From IMG/VR virus record IMGVR_UViG_3300046542_000248, positions 124,001 to 188,000 of that record: a stretch of DNA of 64,000 nucleotides; one strand, written 5' to 3'. A program made the position numbers and the translations under genes. This document shows positions 9,446-18,857 of this stretch, in pieces; the first letter of the stretch is position 1, and each line of letters opens with the position of its first letter. The notes below the pieces were generated by a model. It did no database searches. It was not told the origin of the DNA and was given only the letters and a program-made list of their open reading frames with translations.

Positions 9446-10633
9446 GTGAAGGGAATGGTACAATTGTCTGATACTATTATTCTAGATAGTTTGTATAGCA
9501 AAGCAGCTACTGCTTTAAGTAATCCTGCTAATGTAATGAAATTGAAAACCTATTTGTCGAAGTACTTTGATAAGAACTCTCATATTCTTTTTTCTTTAAA
9601 TTTCACTGAACGGCTTATCGTATTTGAAGCTGATAAAGCGATTCTGTTTGAAAGTCTAGGAATCTCTGATAAGGAGATTCAAGCGGTACTAGATAAATCA
9701 CCATTTGGCAAAATCAATTGGGTATTGAATCCTACTACCGTTGCATTACTATTATGTATTCTTTATTTTGATAATAAGAAGTTAGAGAAGGATGTCGAAA
9801 TCTGTGAGATCTTCCTTACTTGCTACTTCTATTCTGTGCTACATCCTAAAATCTTTAACTATCCTCCAAACGCTGCCATCATGGAGTATACGTTAACAAA
9901 GAATCCTAATGTAACAGGAAACTTTATCTTTAAGAAGGAAGGTTCACTGTTCAATTCCTTCAAACATATGTCTAAAATCTCTCATGAGAATTATATCGTT
10001 GATCTTAAGACGTTAAAGACCGATAAGATGGTAAATGATTATGTCGGTTCTATTCGTACTCGTCTTAACTCATTGCTGAAGAATATCATGAACTATTTCC
10101 TTGAAGATCATAAAGCTGGTCATTATTTCAATAGAGAAGCTGATGTGCATGAGGATGATAAATATCGTCTTGCAGATAGCACAACTCTATTCGTTTCTAA
10201 ATTAGCTAGTAAAACCACTACTAATATCATTAGCTATCGCTTTAATAGATCTATTATTAAGCAGACAGCCAATGCTGATATCAATCTACATCCAATCACT
10301 CTTGAAAATATTCTCAATACTATTATTGAGCATTATAGACAAGATGTTGATGCGTTTGTAAGTTCCATTATTGAACTGTATGTAATTGAGGGTAACAATA
10401 ATGCTACCACTATCAATACGTCCAAGTTCATCAATGAATGTTTATACCTGTATAAATCCAATTCCAGTAAGCCACGAGTAGTTTATCTTAAAAATACTTT
10501 GGATAAGTGGATTGCTGAAGGTTCAAAATTAAATGGTCAACGCTTTATTAGAGAAGCTACTATTTACGCATATCGTAAAGCGATCTTCACCATGTTCGTA
10601 TATTCAATCAATAAAGAAAGTCAACCGTCATAA
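9446..10633 (+). CDS. Hypothetical late protein (possibly virion-associated; true start may be TTG ~9464)
   Basis: 395-aa ORF under a late promoter, co-transcribed with an RNAP beta fragment. Confidence 0.65.
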   Translation: MKGMVQLSDTIILDSLYSKAATALSNPANVMKLKTYLSKYFDKNSHILFSLNFTERLIVFEADKAILFESLGISDKEIQAVLDKSPFGKINWVLNPTTVALLLCILYFDNKKLEKDVEICEIFLTCYFYSVLHPKIFNYPPNAAIMEYTLTKNPNVTGNFIFKKEGSLFNSFKHMSKISHENYIVDLKTLKTDKMVNDYVGSIRTRLNSLLKNIMNYFLEDHKAGHYFNREADVHEDDKYRLADSTTLFVSKLASKTTTNIISYRFNRSIIKQTANADINLHPITLENILNTIIEHYRQDVDAFVSSIIELYVIEGNNNATTINTSKFINECLYLYKSNSSKPRVVYLKNTLDKWIAEGSKLNGQRFIREATIYAYRKAIFTMFVYSINKESQPS

Positions 10634-10650
10634 GAAGGGAATGATATCAT

Positions 10651-11382
10651 TTGGCTAAGAAGCACCAAAAGATTCTTAACTATATCTATAAAGCTATTGA
10701 TGCTATAGATCCAACTGGTAAGAATACTGAAAGATATAAACAGCATCTGGATGGAATGTCTGATGATGATTTCAAAAAATGGGCAAAAGATTTCCTTAGA
10801 GATGACAATGATAACTTCACTGCTGAAATGGATCAATTTGATCAGAACGTAACTATTGAACAGCTTGTTCATGCTGGGCAAACTGCAAATGTACTTCTTG
10901 AAGATTACATTGTAATGCCTAGTATTAGTGATGATCCTGATGATCCTTATGTAACTATTGAGAAGGTATTATTACTCTACCTGAATCAACGTCGAGTTCA
11001 ACAGACTCTATCTGTAAAGAACCACGTTTCTACTTCCATTAATAAACGTAACCCTAAAACGGGTCAAGTTATTGATGATGATAAAAACTCAAGAACTTCT
11101 GATATGGAAATGTACCAGTTAATCTTCCAAGGAGCTTTTAATAAGCTTGCAGAAGATTATGGCCCAAAATCAGATAACCTTGTAGCTAAGAATGAAATGC
11201 TCTATCAGATTCAGCGTAAGGGTTCAGTATCATTAGCTGAGCTTCCTAATCTTACAAAAGATAAGGTATCTCTTAACTATATGAACTTCCTACTATTAGC
11301 TGCTGGTTACCAATCCGACTTAATTAACGATAAAGAATTACTACCTATCGTTATTGAGCGTGGTGGTCAATTGTATCAATAA
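10651..11382 (+). CDS. RNA polymerase beta C-terminal fragment, probable virion RNAP subunit
   Basis: YLNQRRVQQ..KN..S...RNPKTGQV....NSRTSDMEMYQL...A...AE..GPKSDN resembles beta region I (YxxKLxH..K..R...TxQP..G..GGxRxGEME..L...A...L.E....KSDD). Confidence 0.75.
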   Translation: MAKKHQKILNYIYKAIDAIDPTGKNTERYKQHLDGMSDDDFKKWAKDFLRDDNDNFTAEMDQFDQNVTIEQLVHAGQTANVLLEDYIVMPSISDDPDDPYVTIEKVLLLYLNQRRVQQTLSVKNHVSTSINKRNPKTGQVIDDDKNSRTSDMEMYQLIFQGAFNKLAEDYGPKSDNLVAKNEMLYQIQRKGSVSLAELPNLTKDKVSLNYMNFLLLAAGYQSDLINDKELLPIVIERGGQLYQ

Positions 11383-11399
11383 TTGTATATTATCAGGGC

Positions 11400-11437
11400 A
11401 ACAATCTATTACAGTAAGTACTGAAGTATATATTATT
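11400..11437 (+). promoter_or_regulatory. Tandem late (AACA ATCTAT TA, 11400-11411) and early-type (TATATATTATT, 11427-11437) promoter motifs
   Basis: Both consensus motifs lie upstream of a small ORF. Confidence 0.6.
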
Positions 11438-11455
11438 ATTGTGAGGTGATATTCT

Positions 11456-11581
11456 ATGAATAGCAAGAAACCTCAATCTCCTCAACAACCACCAATTCAA
11501 GGTGGTCTAATGATGGAAGTCGCTGTCGGTGCACAGATCGCTTCCCAGATTATGAACGAATCTCAAGTCAAGAAAGGCTAA
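11456..11581 (+). CDS. 41-aa small protein MNSKKPQSPQQPPIQGGLMMEVAVGAQIASQIMNESQVKKG (not in the ORF track)
   Basis: GAGGTGA RBS, two promoter motifs, and a terminator GCTAAAGC/GCTTTAGC-TTTT at the stop. Confidence 0.7.
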   Translation: MNSKKPQSPQQPPIQGGLMMEVAVGAQIASQIMNESQVKKG

Positions 11582-11741
11582 AGCCATCGCGCTTTAGCTT
11601 TTCTTTATTAAACTATGAAAGGACGTGGGGCTTATAAGAAAATGGTGACAATGATTGTTTCATTATGTTACCCCTGATAAAATTTATGTAATGTGCTCAA
11701 AGCAATATCAAACCCTGATTAAACGTAGGAGGATTTTTATT

Positions 11742-12617
11742 ATGACATCGTACACTTTTAACCATAAGAGGTATAGAGTCACCAATAACTCTAAATTCAT
11801 TGTGTCAACCACTCTATTAGTTATGTTTGTTTTAACTATTGGCTATATGTTAGCATTTGCTGGGTATAAGCATTATACTCAGGTGAAAGAAGATAAAGCT
11901 TATCAAGCTCAACAGGTAGAATTGTCAAACCTCAAAGAAAAATATTCTTTTACTATTAATGACATTTACGTAGAAGCTACTAGTGCTGAAGAAGCCTTGC
12001 AAAAAACTAAAGCTCTCTTGGTAACACAGGCTGAGGAAACTACTAAACAAATTAACATAAACAAAGAGCAGCAAGAAACAATTGTTGCATTGCAAGAAAA
12101 GTATGATGCAAAGATTGAACAAGCTAAGGCAACCACAAAGCAAGACGTAAAGCTCTATAATGAGTATGCTTATGCTATAGAATACCCAGGGTCCGATATG
12201 ACTCTGAGTGATATCAAAATGATTGTGAACATCTCTAAAGAGGAGAAAGTAAATCCTCATTTGTGGCTTAGTCTTGTAGAATTAGAAAGTAAGTTCAAAT
12301 CAAATGCTCGTTCAAACAGATCAACAGCATCTGGTTGGGGACAGGTATTGAAAGGAACTGGCGAATCGCTCTATGAAGACCAGCTTAAACTCGGAAATTA
12401 TAACCATGCCTCGATGGGTATAAATAAAGAAATAAATGCCAAAATGTCTATTCATTATCTAGGTGAACTTATCAATACATCGGGCAGCATTGAAAGAGCT
12501 TTAATCAATTACAATGGTGGAGAATTAGGTGAAAAGTACGCTAATATCGTAAAACAAAACCTGAAAGAGAATACTGGCTTAACTCTATCAAAGGTCACTA
12601 AACCTGACCCTATTTAA
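11742..12617 (+). CDS. Membrane-anchored soluble-lytic-transglycosylase (SLT) domain protein
   Basis: N-terminal TM helix, coiled coil, SLT motifs VELESKF, ASGWGQV, ALINYNGG; AGGAGG RBS before ATG 11742. Confidence 0.85.
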   Translation: MTSYTFNHKRYRVTNNSKFIVSTTLLVMFVLTIGYMLAFAGYKHYTQVKEDKAYQAQQVELSNLKEKYSFTINDIYVEATSAEEALQKTKALLVTQAEETTKQININKEQQETIVALQEKYDAKIEQAKATTKQDVKLYNEYAYAIEYPGSDMTLSDIKMIVNISKEEKVNPHLWLSLVELESKFKSNARSNRSTASGWGQVLKGTGESLYEDQLKLGNYNHASMGINKEINAKMSIHYLGELINTSGSIERALINYNGGELGEKYANIVKQNLKENTGLTLSKVTKPDPI

Positions 12618-12647
12618 GACTTATCATTCCTAATGAGTAATCATTTC

Positions 12648-12695
12648 AAATATATATTATTAATGTGATGACCAAATCATAATGGTCATCACATT
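12648..12695 (+). promoter_or_regulatory. Early-type promoter followed by a perfect 13-bp hairpin
   Basis: AAATATATATTATT, then AATGTGATGACCA-N8-TGGTCATCACATT. Confidence 0.75.
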
Positions 12696-12720
12696 TCTAT
12701 ATTAACCTACTAAAAGGAGA

Positions 12721-13392
12721 TTGACTCGAATGGAAAATATTAAAAGTAATGAAACAACTCTGCTAGAAATTGGACTTACCAATGTTCAAACGCGTGTTAT
12801 TGACCGCATTATTGAAATTCAAAGGTATATGACACAACCATGTGAAAGTAAGATTGAGAAGCAAGTTCTTAAAAAGCTTCCATTAGAAGTACGTAAAACT
12901 CTTATTCTTAACACACCATCACCTAGATGGTTTGGTACTGATTTTCAATATTTTAATCCAACCGTAAAACAACGATTCGAAAAATTACTTAGTAAAGAAG
13001 AAGCAACTATCACACATTTACTTCCTCAGGTTGATAATGAACCGAATTGGCGTGATGAATTAAAAATGTGTTTGATACAAAAGAAAGATCCTATGTTCCC
13101 AGGTGAAAAGATTACCTATCTTGTATTTGAGAATAAAGAAGAAAGTGATAATGCGATTAAAGAAATTCGGGAAGCGCAAACATTCTGTTCAATTGTGACA
13201 GATGCATTACTCCCATTCGCTGAACAATATCATCTTCAAACTAAGAAATTAAAATCTGAGGCTAAACTATTCAAAAAGAAATTTGGAGTTAAGCCTATTT
13301 TCGATATTAAGAATAAACCTAAGTGGTTATACATGTTTGAAGACTGCATGAAATTGCAACGTGATTTCCACTGCCTTGATGTGATCATCTAG
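12721..13392 (+). CDS. Hypothetical protein (start likely ATG 12730)
   Basis: AAAGGAG RBS; 220-aa ORF. Confidence 0.7.
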   Translation: MTRMENIKSNETTLLEIGLTNVQTRVIDRIIEIQRYMTQPCESKIEKQVLKKLPLEVRKTLILNTPSPRWFGTDFQYFNPTVKQRFEKLLSKEEATITHLLPQVDNEPNWRDELKMCLIQKKDPMFPGEKITYLVFENKEESDNAIKEIREAQTFCSIVTDALLPFAEQYHLQTKKLKSEAKLFKKKFGVKPIFDIKNKPKWLYMFEDCMKLQRDFHCLDVII

Positions 13393-13405
13393 GACATACG
13401 TTGGT

Positions 13406-13418
13406 AATATATATTATT
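13406..13418 (+). promoter_or_regulatory. Early-type promoter motif
   Basis: AATATATATTATT followed by an imperfect hairpin. Confidence 0.75.
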
Positions 13419-13489
13419 ATTATGCGATGACTATATATTAGTAACTATCGCGTATATCATACACTATCTATTAAAAGGAGACTGAAACT

Positions 13490-14674
13490 ATGTCTAACGA
13501 ATCCGCAAAACTACTCGGGCAAGAACTGAAAGAAAATATGAGCAAAATCCAAGGTAAAAATGAAGCATTACAAATGAAAATGAAAGCAAGTATTTTTGGC
13601 GTTGGTGCTGGCGGCGGTAATATCGCACATCTTATGAGCTATTTCGATGGCTATGATACAGCAGCTTTAAATACAACACAATCCGACATGGTTGGTTTGA
13701 TGGTTGATCATAGAGTGGTAATTAAAGGTGTTAATGGATCTGGTAAAGATCGTGCATTTGCATCTGATCAATTCAAACTTTCCTATAAATCATTCTTTGA
13801 ACATGACGGAATTAAGAAGCTTATCGAGAACGATTTAATTTTCGTTGTCGGTACAGGTGGTGGTGGAACTGGTACAATCATTTCCATTATGACCGCCGCT
13901 TATCTTAAGAAAGAATATCCAAATAAACAAATCTTCTTTATTGGCATGCTAGGTTCAATTAAAGAAGATAAAACATCGCAGGAAAATATGCGTGAGTTTA
14001 TGTCTGATCTTGAAAATAAACTCAGCGTTCCGTATCTTCTATTCGATAACAATCGTACGAAGAATATGGTTGGCGATCAAGTTTACGATAAAGTTAATAA
14101 CGATATCGTTGACGCAATTCGTGTTCTATCTAAAGATTTCTTCGTTGAGACATCACGGAGTAATATTGACGGTCGAGACTATGCTCGCTTAGCAAGCTAT
14201 GCTGGTTTAACATCCGTAATCAATATTCCCAATCTGAACATCAGCGTGTCGGAAGAAACAATCGACCTTACTGGTCGTATTCAGCAAGCTATTGAAGGTA
14301 GTACAAATATCATCACGGAATCTCCTGAAGCATATGGCTTCTTCATGAATGTTGATGAGGAAGTATATTCGGCTGTGGATACTACATTCCATGATGTTCA
14401 AGAAAAGATTGCTGGAAAACCTTCAAGTGGTCTAGCATTCAAACATCTTCAAAATGCAACAGGACAAGGGCCAGAATTTGCAATGATTGCAACTGGTCTA
14501 TCAGCTCCAATGCAACGCTTTAAAATGATTGATCGTCGTATTTCCGAGCTTGAACAAGTTAAAGAAAAAGAAAAGCTGCCTACAGTTGAAAGAAATTCAT
14601 CCAAACTGCAACTTGCAGGGGATGGAAACTCTAATGGGACTGGGCAAGGTTCTAATGCCTTTGACGGATTCTAA
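13490..14674 (+). CDS. FtsZ/tubulin-family GTPase (PhuZ/TubZ-like)
   Basis: GVGAGGGNIA, ALNT, GSGKD, signature GGGGTGT, FDNN, T7 loop NIDGRD. Confidence 0.9.
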   Translation: MSNESAKLLGQELKENMSKIQGKNEALQMKMKASIFGVGAGGGNIAHLMSYFDGYDTAALNTTQSDMVGLMVDHRVVIKGVNGSGKDRAFASDQFKLSYKSFFEHDGIKKLIENDLIFVVGTGGGGTGTIISIMTAAYLKKEYPNKQIFFIGMLGSIKEDKTSQENMREFMSDLENKLSVPYLLFDNNRTKNMVGDQVYDKVNNDIVDAIRVLSKDFFVETSRSNIDGRDYARLASYAGLTSVINIPNLNISVSEETIDLTGRIQQAIEGSTNIITESPEAYGFFMNVDEEVYSAVDTTFHDVQEKIAGKPSSGLAFKHLQNATGQGPEFAMIATGLSAPMQRFKMIDRRISELEQVKEKEKLPTVERNSSKLQLAGDGNSNGTGQGSNAFDGF

Positions 14675-14691
14675 TCCAAACAGAAAGGTAG

Positions 14692-15819
14692 TTGCCATTG
14701 ATGAAAATCAAGTATAATAACTATACTAACCGAGAACGAAAGCAACAACAGCAGCAGCAGGGTGGGAGACATAACAACTCCCAGCCTCGCATCAAAGAAT
14801 TACGTAAGATCTATGAAAATCCAAAAACATTCCTACGGGAATCACTGGAGGTGATAGAAATTTCAGTTCAAGAACATCTCGAAACCATGTTTAATGATTA
14901 CAAGGAATGGAGAATGGGTAAGAAGAAGCGTCCAGAATATATCTTCAACATGACGCAAGACTTCGCCTTCGTTTCAATCCTTCCTAAGATCGTAAAGAAA
15001 AATTACGATTTCATTATTGAAAATGGTGAAGAGTTTAGCGAGATCATTTCGAATGCAGTAGGCGAACTCAATAGAACTCGTCGTAACCGCTACAAAGAAA
15101 TGGTTGCTATTTATTCAAGTCTCTATGAAGATTTAAACGAGAGAAGGATTAAGAAACTTACTTCTCTAAATATTAAAGGTGTAGATTGGGATGAAGCATT
15201 GAAGCTATGTTTAGTTTCACATGGTTCTCCTGGTCATACAATGATCAACACTCTTAGAATGATGTACAGCACGCTGAAGATCAGCAAGTATCAAGATATC
15301 TATAAAATTCTCCGTAAATTATACGGTAAGAAGGATATGGGTAAAGTTGCTGTATACATCTTACTAGAAAAACGTCCTGATTTCACAAAATCCAATTGGA
15401 TTGATTCAGAACTATATGGTACTCTTACCAGCATCGCTTTGGATGAGATTAATGCTCAGAAAAAAGATGGTGTTAAGACACTGCTAAAGCTATACTGTAA
15501 TGAAAGAAGAAGATCCGAGTTTGAGCAATATCAAAGACGTCGGGTTAACTTCTCTACGATCAATAAAGAAGATTATGCAAAGATCCACAAGGTTGCTAAA
15601 AAGCTTGCCAAGAAAAACGATATGTATCGAGTATACTTGGATAAGTCAGATAGCAAATACAAGCAAGAGCCGGAGAAGGTTCAGTTTAAACAACCTGAAC
15701 AGCCGCAGCAAAATCAATATCAAAATCGTGGTAACAACGATCGAAGATATGATAATCGGGATAACCGTAATAACAATAATCGCCACAATAACCAAAACAA
15801 TGGTCAACGGCGGTACTAA
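14692..15819 (+). CDS. Basic helical protein with Q/N/R-rich low-complexity termini
   Basis: QQQQQQGGRHNN N-terminus; NRGNNDRRYDNRDNRNNNNRHNNQNN C-terminus; directly after the tubulin gene. Confidence 0.75.
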   Translation: MPLMKIKYNNYTNRERKQQQQQQGGRHNNSQPRIKELRKIYENPKTFLRESLEVIEISVQEHLETMFNDYKEWRMGKKKRPEYIFNMTQDFAFVSILPKIVKKNYDFIIENGEEFSEIISNAVGELNRTRRNRYKEMVAIYSSLYEDLNERRIKKLTSLNIKGVDWDEALKLCLVSHGSPGHTMINTLRMMYSTLKISKYQDIYKILRKLYGKKDMGKVAVYILLEKRPDFTKSNWIDSELYGTLTSIALDEINAQKKDGVKTLLKLYCNERRRSEFEQYQRRRVNFSTINKEDYAKIHKVAKKLAKKNDMYRVYLDKSDSKYKQEPEKVQFKQPEQPQQNQYQNRGNNDRRYDNRDNRNNNNRHNNQNNGQRRY

Positions 15820-15893
15820 CCAACCAGTTAAACGAGGGATGAAAATCTCTCGTTTAATTTTTTCTTTGTTTTCATATAAAGGAGGATTACATA

Positions 15894-16163
15894 ATGTCAA
15901 AAAGAATTAAGATACTCAGTGATTATACATCTGCTGATGATCCAAATATTCTCACAGTGTTCACGGATGATCAGGGTGATATTCATATTTCTTTATTTCA
16001 AGGTAATGATGATGAATCTGGTGTTAGAATCGCAGCAAGTGGCACTAGACATACTCCAAGAGTAAGAGAAGCTTTAAGAAATCTAGTTAAAGCATATGAA
16101 GAAGAGTTGAAAGATCCTCATTGTAATCCAATTCTTAAAGCCCTGAATCCCAATATTAAGTAA
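15894..16163 (+). CDS. Hypothetical protein
   Basis: AAGGAGG RBS. Confidence 0.7.
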   Translation: MSKRIKILSDYTSADDPNILTVFTDDQGDIHISLFQGNDDESGVRIAASGTRHTPRVREALRNLVKAYEEELKDPHCNPILKALNPNIK

Positions 16164-16224
16164 TTATCTTTTTATTTATTAACTAACTTAGAAATAGAGA
16201 TAATAATCGAGTATAGAAAGGTAT

Positions 16225-16914
16225 GTGAACCCAATGTTCAGAGTGTATAATCGTGTATCCCAAGAAAGTACAATTAGAGGCTGGCAAGTTGCTAGTGAGC
16301 CTGTTCAAAATCGCACTGATCGTAAACATCATAACATTTGTCTATCTGGAATTGAAAAGGGCATTCGTTTGGCTCTTGATCGTAACAAATATGAAGATCT
16401 AACAGTAGTTGATGCTGGGATGGTCTATCCTAATAGTAATGTATTTACAAAAATGTATTCTATTTATCTTGGTGGTGATCGGTATCTGCCAATCGTAACT
16501 CTAGCTGAAACTCCTGAAGAAAATCGCAATATCTTGCTATTCAATTATGAAACAAACCCTGGTGAGATTATCGCCGATATCGAGTTCAATAACCTTATCC
16601 CAATCTCTCATTACATCAGCAATAAGGATTTCAAATCTCGTATTACTATTGCTGCTATTGATATTGATAATAAGAAAGATATGGGTATCAAACTGAAATA
16701 TGGATTTAACAATGGTCGTGTTTTAGAAGTAGAAGAGATTAATTTCACTAACTACTTCACTATCATGAATGCTGCCAATAGCAAAGCTGCTAATGCTAAA
16801 CCGGTTGAGCATTTCAATATTCACAATTCACATGAAACAGTACCACGAATTGAATCCGTTCGTCTAGAAATTCCTAGAATGGATCTATCTGATATCTGTA
16901 TCAATCCACAGTAA
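16225..16914 (+). CDS. Hypothetical protein
   Basis: 229-aa ORF, AGAAAGG RBS, terminator at ~16925-16960. Confidence 0.7.
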   Translation: MNPMFRVYNRVSQESTIRGWQVASEPVQNRTDRKHHNICLSGIEKGIRLALDRNKYEDLTVVDAGMVYPNSNVFTKMYSIYLGGDRYLPIVTLAETPEENRNILLFNYETNPGEIIADIEFNNLIPISHYISNKDFKSRITIAAIDIDNKKDMGIKLKYGFNNGRVLEVEEINFTNYFTIMNAANSKAANAKPVEHFNIHNSHETVPRIESVRLEIPRMDLSDICINPQ

Positions 16915-16972
16915 TTTACTTAGAGAGATAGGGAGAGAAATCTTCCTATCTCTTATTTAATATTTGGACTGG

Positions 16973-16984
16973 AACACGGAATTA
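16973..16984 (+). promoter_or_regulatory. Late-type promoter AACA-N6-TA
   Basis: AACA CGGAAT TA. Confidence 0.6.
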
Positions 16985-17003
16985 GATACTTACATAGAGA
17001 GGA

Positions 17004-18386
17004 ATGATTATTTTGGGTTTGTTTGATCTGATTGACAAACAGCGTAAGGCTGATAAGAAAGTTGACGATACAGTCGTCACTGAAATGAGTTATCCTACGG
17101 GATTTCTACCGCTTGACTATGCAAACGGTGTTCGTGTTACTTCATATGATAAAAATGACAGACCATTTGCAAAGCAAGATTTGATTGGGATTGTTGGTGG
17201 TACTTTCGTTAGTACTATTGGAATCTCAGGTACAGGTAAATCTGCATTGGCTATCGAGATGTCACTTGCTGGTGTTCATAAATTTGGTGATGTATCTGGG
17301 GTGACTCATTTTGACCTTGAATTAGCAACCACTATTCAACGCCCAATGACGATCTCCAAAATTAAGCCATCATTACTTAAAGATACTTATAAAATTTATC
17401 GTGATAGAGGGGCAGAAGATGTAGTTGACATCTTCAAAACTCATTGCGATGTAAAAGTTCAAAATAGAAAACTCTTCACATACAATACAGGCATTCGTGA
17501 TGTATTTGGTGATGAAATTCATGAACTCTATCCATCATTTGGTCTGATTGATTCCTTTGCCATGTTTAAATCAGGTGAAGTGAACTTAGATAACAAAGGT
17601 GTAGACGGAGTCACAAATAATATGCAAGCGGCTCAAGCTGCTAAATTTAACAAAGCGATTCTATCTCAAATGCTTGCTATCGGTAAGAAAGCAAACGTTG
17701 GTATTATTGCGGTTAACCATATTAACCAAGACGTAAACACTGGCTTTATGCCAAAAGCTAGTCAGCATATGTACTTGAACCAAGGTGAAACAATGCCTGG
17801 TGGTGCTGCTACATTATACTTGGCTAATAACATTATTAAATTGAAACTTCTTAAGAAATACCAGATCTCTGGTAAAACTGATGGCATGGATTATGGTATT
17901 CCTGGCTTCTTGGTTGAAGCTAAGTTTATTAAATCACGTACCAACGCTGCTAACGTTCCAGTAGAACTTGTGTTTGACCAACGTAAAGGTGGTTTCTCCA
18001 AAGTTCTTACTTTATTCCATTTTGCTGTGAAGAATGAACTTCTTCTTGGATCTAACCGTGCTCACTTCCTTCCAGGACTTGAGAGTGTTAAGTTCACTAA
18101 GAAAAACTTCAAAGATGTAGTAATGCAATCTCCTGAAATTTTGGAAGCATTATACATGGTTTGTCTGCCGTATCTTGAAGCTATGCTTTCAACTGATACA
18201 GGTCGCATGAATGCTGTAGAAACTGAATCTGAAAAAGTGGATTCCATGTTCGCGGCTCTTGAAGATCACCAACGTGATATTGAGTTCTACAAGAACCAAG
18301 GTTGGACTGAGTTCTTAAAGGCTGATAGAAAATATCACTATCAACGTAACAAATATGAACAAACTGCAAGTGGTATTTGGCACTAA
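17004..18386 (+). CDS. uvsX: RecA/UvsX-like recombinase
   Basis: YPTGFLPLD, Walker A GISGTGKS, FDLE, LIDS, VNHI, PGG, KSR. Confidence 0.85.
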   Translation: MIILGLFDLIDKQRKADKKVDDTVVTEMSYPTGFLPLDYANGVRVTSYDKNDRPFAKQDLIGIVGGTFVSTIGISGTGKSALAIEMSLAGVHKFGDVSGVTHFDLELATTIQRPMTISKIKPSLLKDTYKIYRDRGAEDVVDIFKTHCDVKVQNRKLFTYNTGIRDVFGDEIHELYPSFGLIDSFAMFKSGEVNLDNKGVDGVTNNMQAAQAAKFNKAILSQMLAIGKKANVGIIAVNHINQDVNTGFMPKASQHMYLNQGETMPGGAATLYLANNIIKLKLLKKYQISGKTDGMDYGIPGFLVEAKFIKSRTNAANVPVELVFDQRKGGFSKVLTLFHFAVKNELLLGSNRAHFLPGLESVKFTKKNFKDVVMQSPEILEALYMVCLPYLEAMLSTDTGRMNAVETESEKVDSMFAALEDHQRDIEFYKNQGWTEFLKADRKYHYQRNKYEQTASGIWH

Positions 18387-18412
18387 TTCTTATTTTATTA
18401 AACTTCTTCGAA

Positions 18413-18459
18413 AAATATATATTATTTATGTGGATAGGAAGCCTTATTCCTATCCACAT
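18413..18459 (+). promoter_or_regulatory. Early-type promoter followed by a perfect 13-bp hairpin
   Basis: AAATATATATTATT, then ATGTGGATAGGAA-N6-TTCCTATCCACAT. Confidence 0.75.
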
Positions 18460-18482
18460 CTTATTATGTAAAGGAGATTTAT

Positions 18483-18857
18483 ATGAGTGATACTCCGATT
18501 GATTTGAATTTATTTATTAATGATGTGGTTACTTTACACACACACGTTCAAGGTTCCATAAGCTTAAAAACAGTTATGATGGTTGTAAAAGACATTCATG
18601 AAAAAGGTTATAAAGTAATAGTTGAAAAAGACACGCCATTCCGTATTACCGATGAAGAATTTTCTCAAATATCTTCTAATGTGGTACGAGCTTGTTTTAT
18701 AGATCCTGATACTACTGCAAGTATTGAAGTTAGTAGTGAACATTTTGACAGCGGCAGAGAATGTATAGTATTTATATACGTAGCATCAAAGCTTGGAAAA
18801 TATGCACGAGCATTTATCATTACAAAAGTTACACTACCTATAAAGGGGACTGAGTAG
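18483..18857 (+). CDS. Hypothetical protein
   Basis: AAAGGAG RBS. Confidence 0.7.
   Translation: MSDTPIDLNLFINDVVTLHTHVQGSISLKTVMMVVKDIHEKGYKVIVEKDTPFRITDEEFSQISSNVVRACFIDPDTTASIEVSSEHFDSGRECIVFIYVASKLGKYARAFIITKVTLPIKGTE

Noticed and set aside
11456-11581. Resemblance of the small peptide to alpha/beta SASP spore proteins
   Set aside because: The similarity is limited to a few residues, and the conserved EIAxEFG and NGSVGG motifs are absent.
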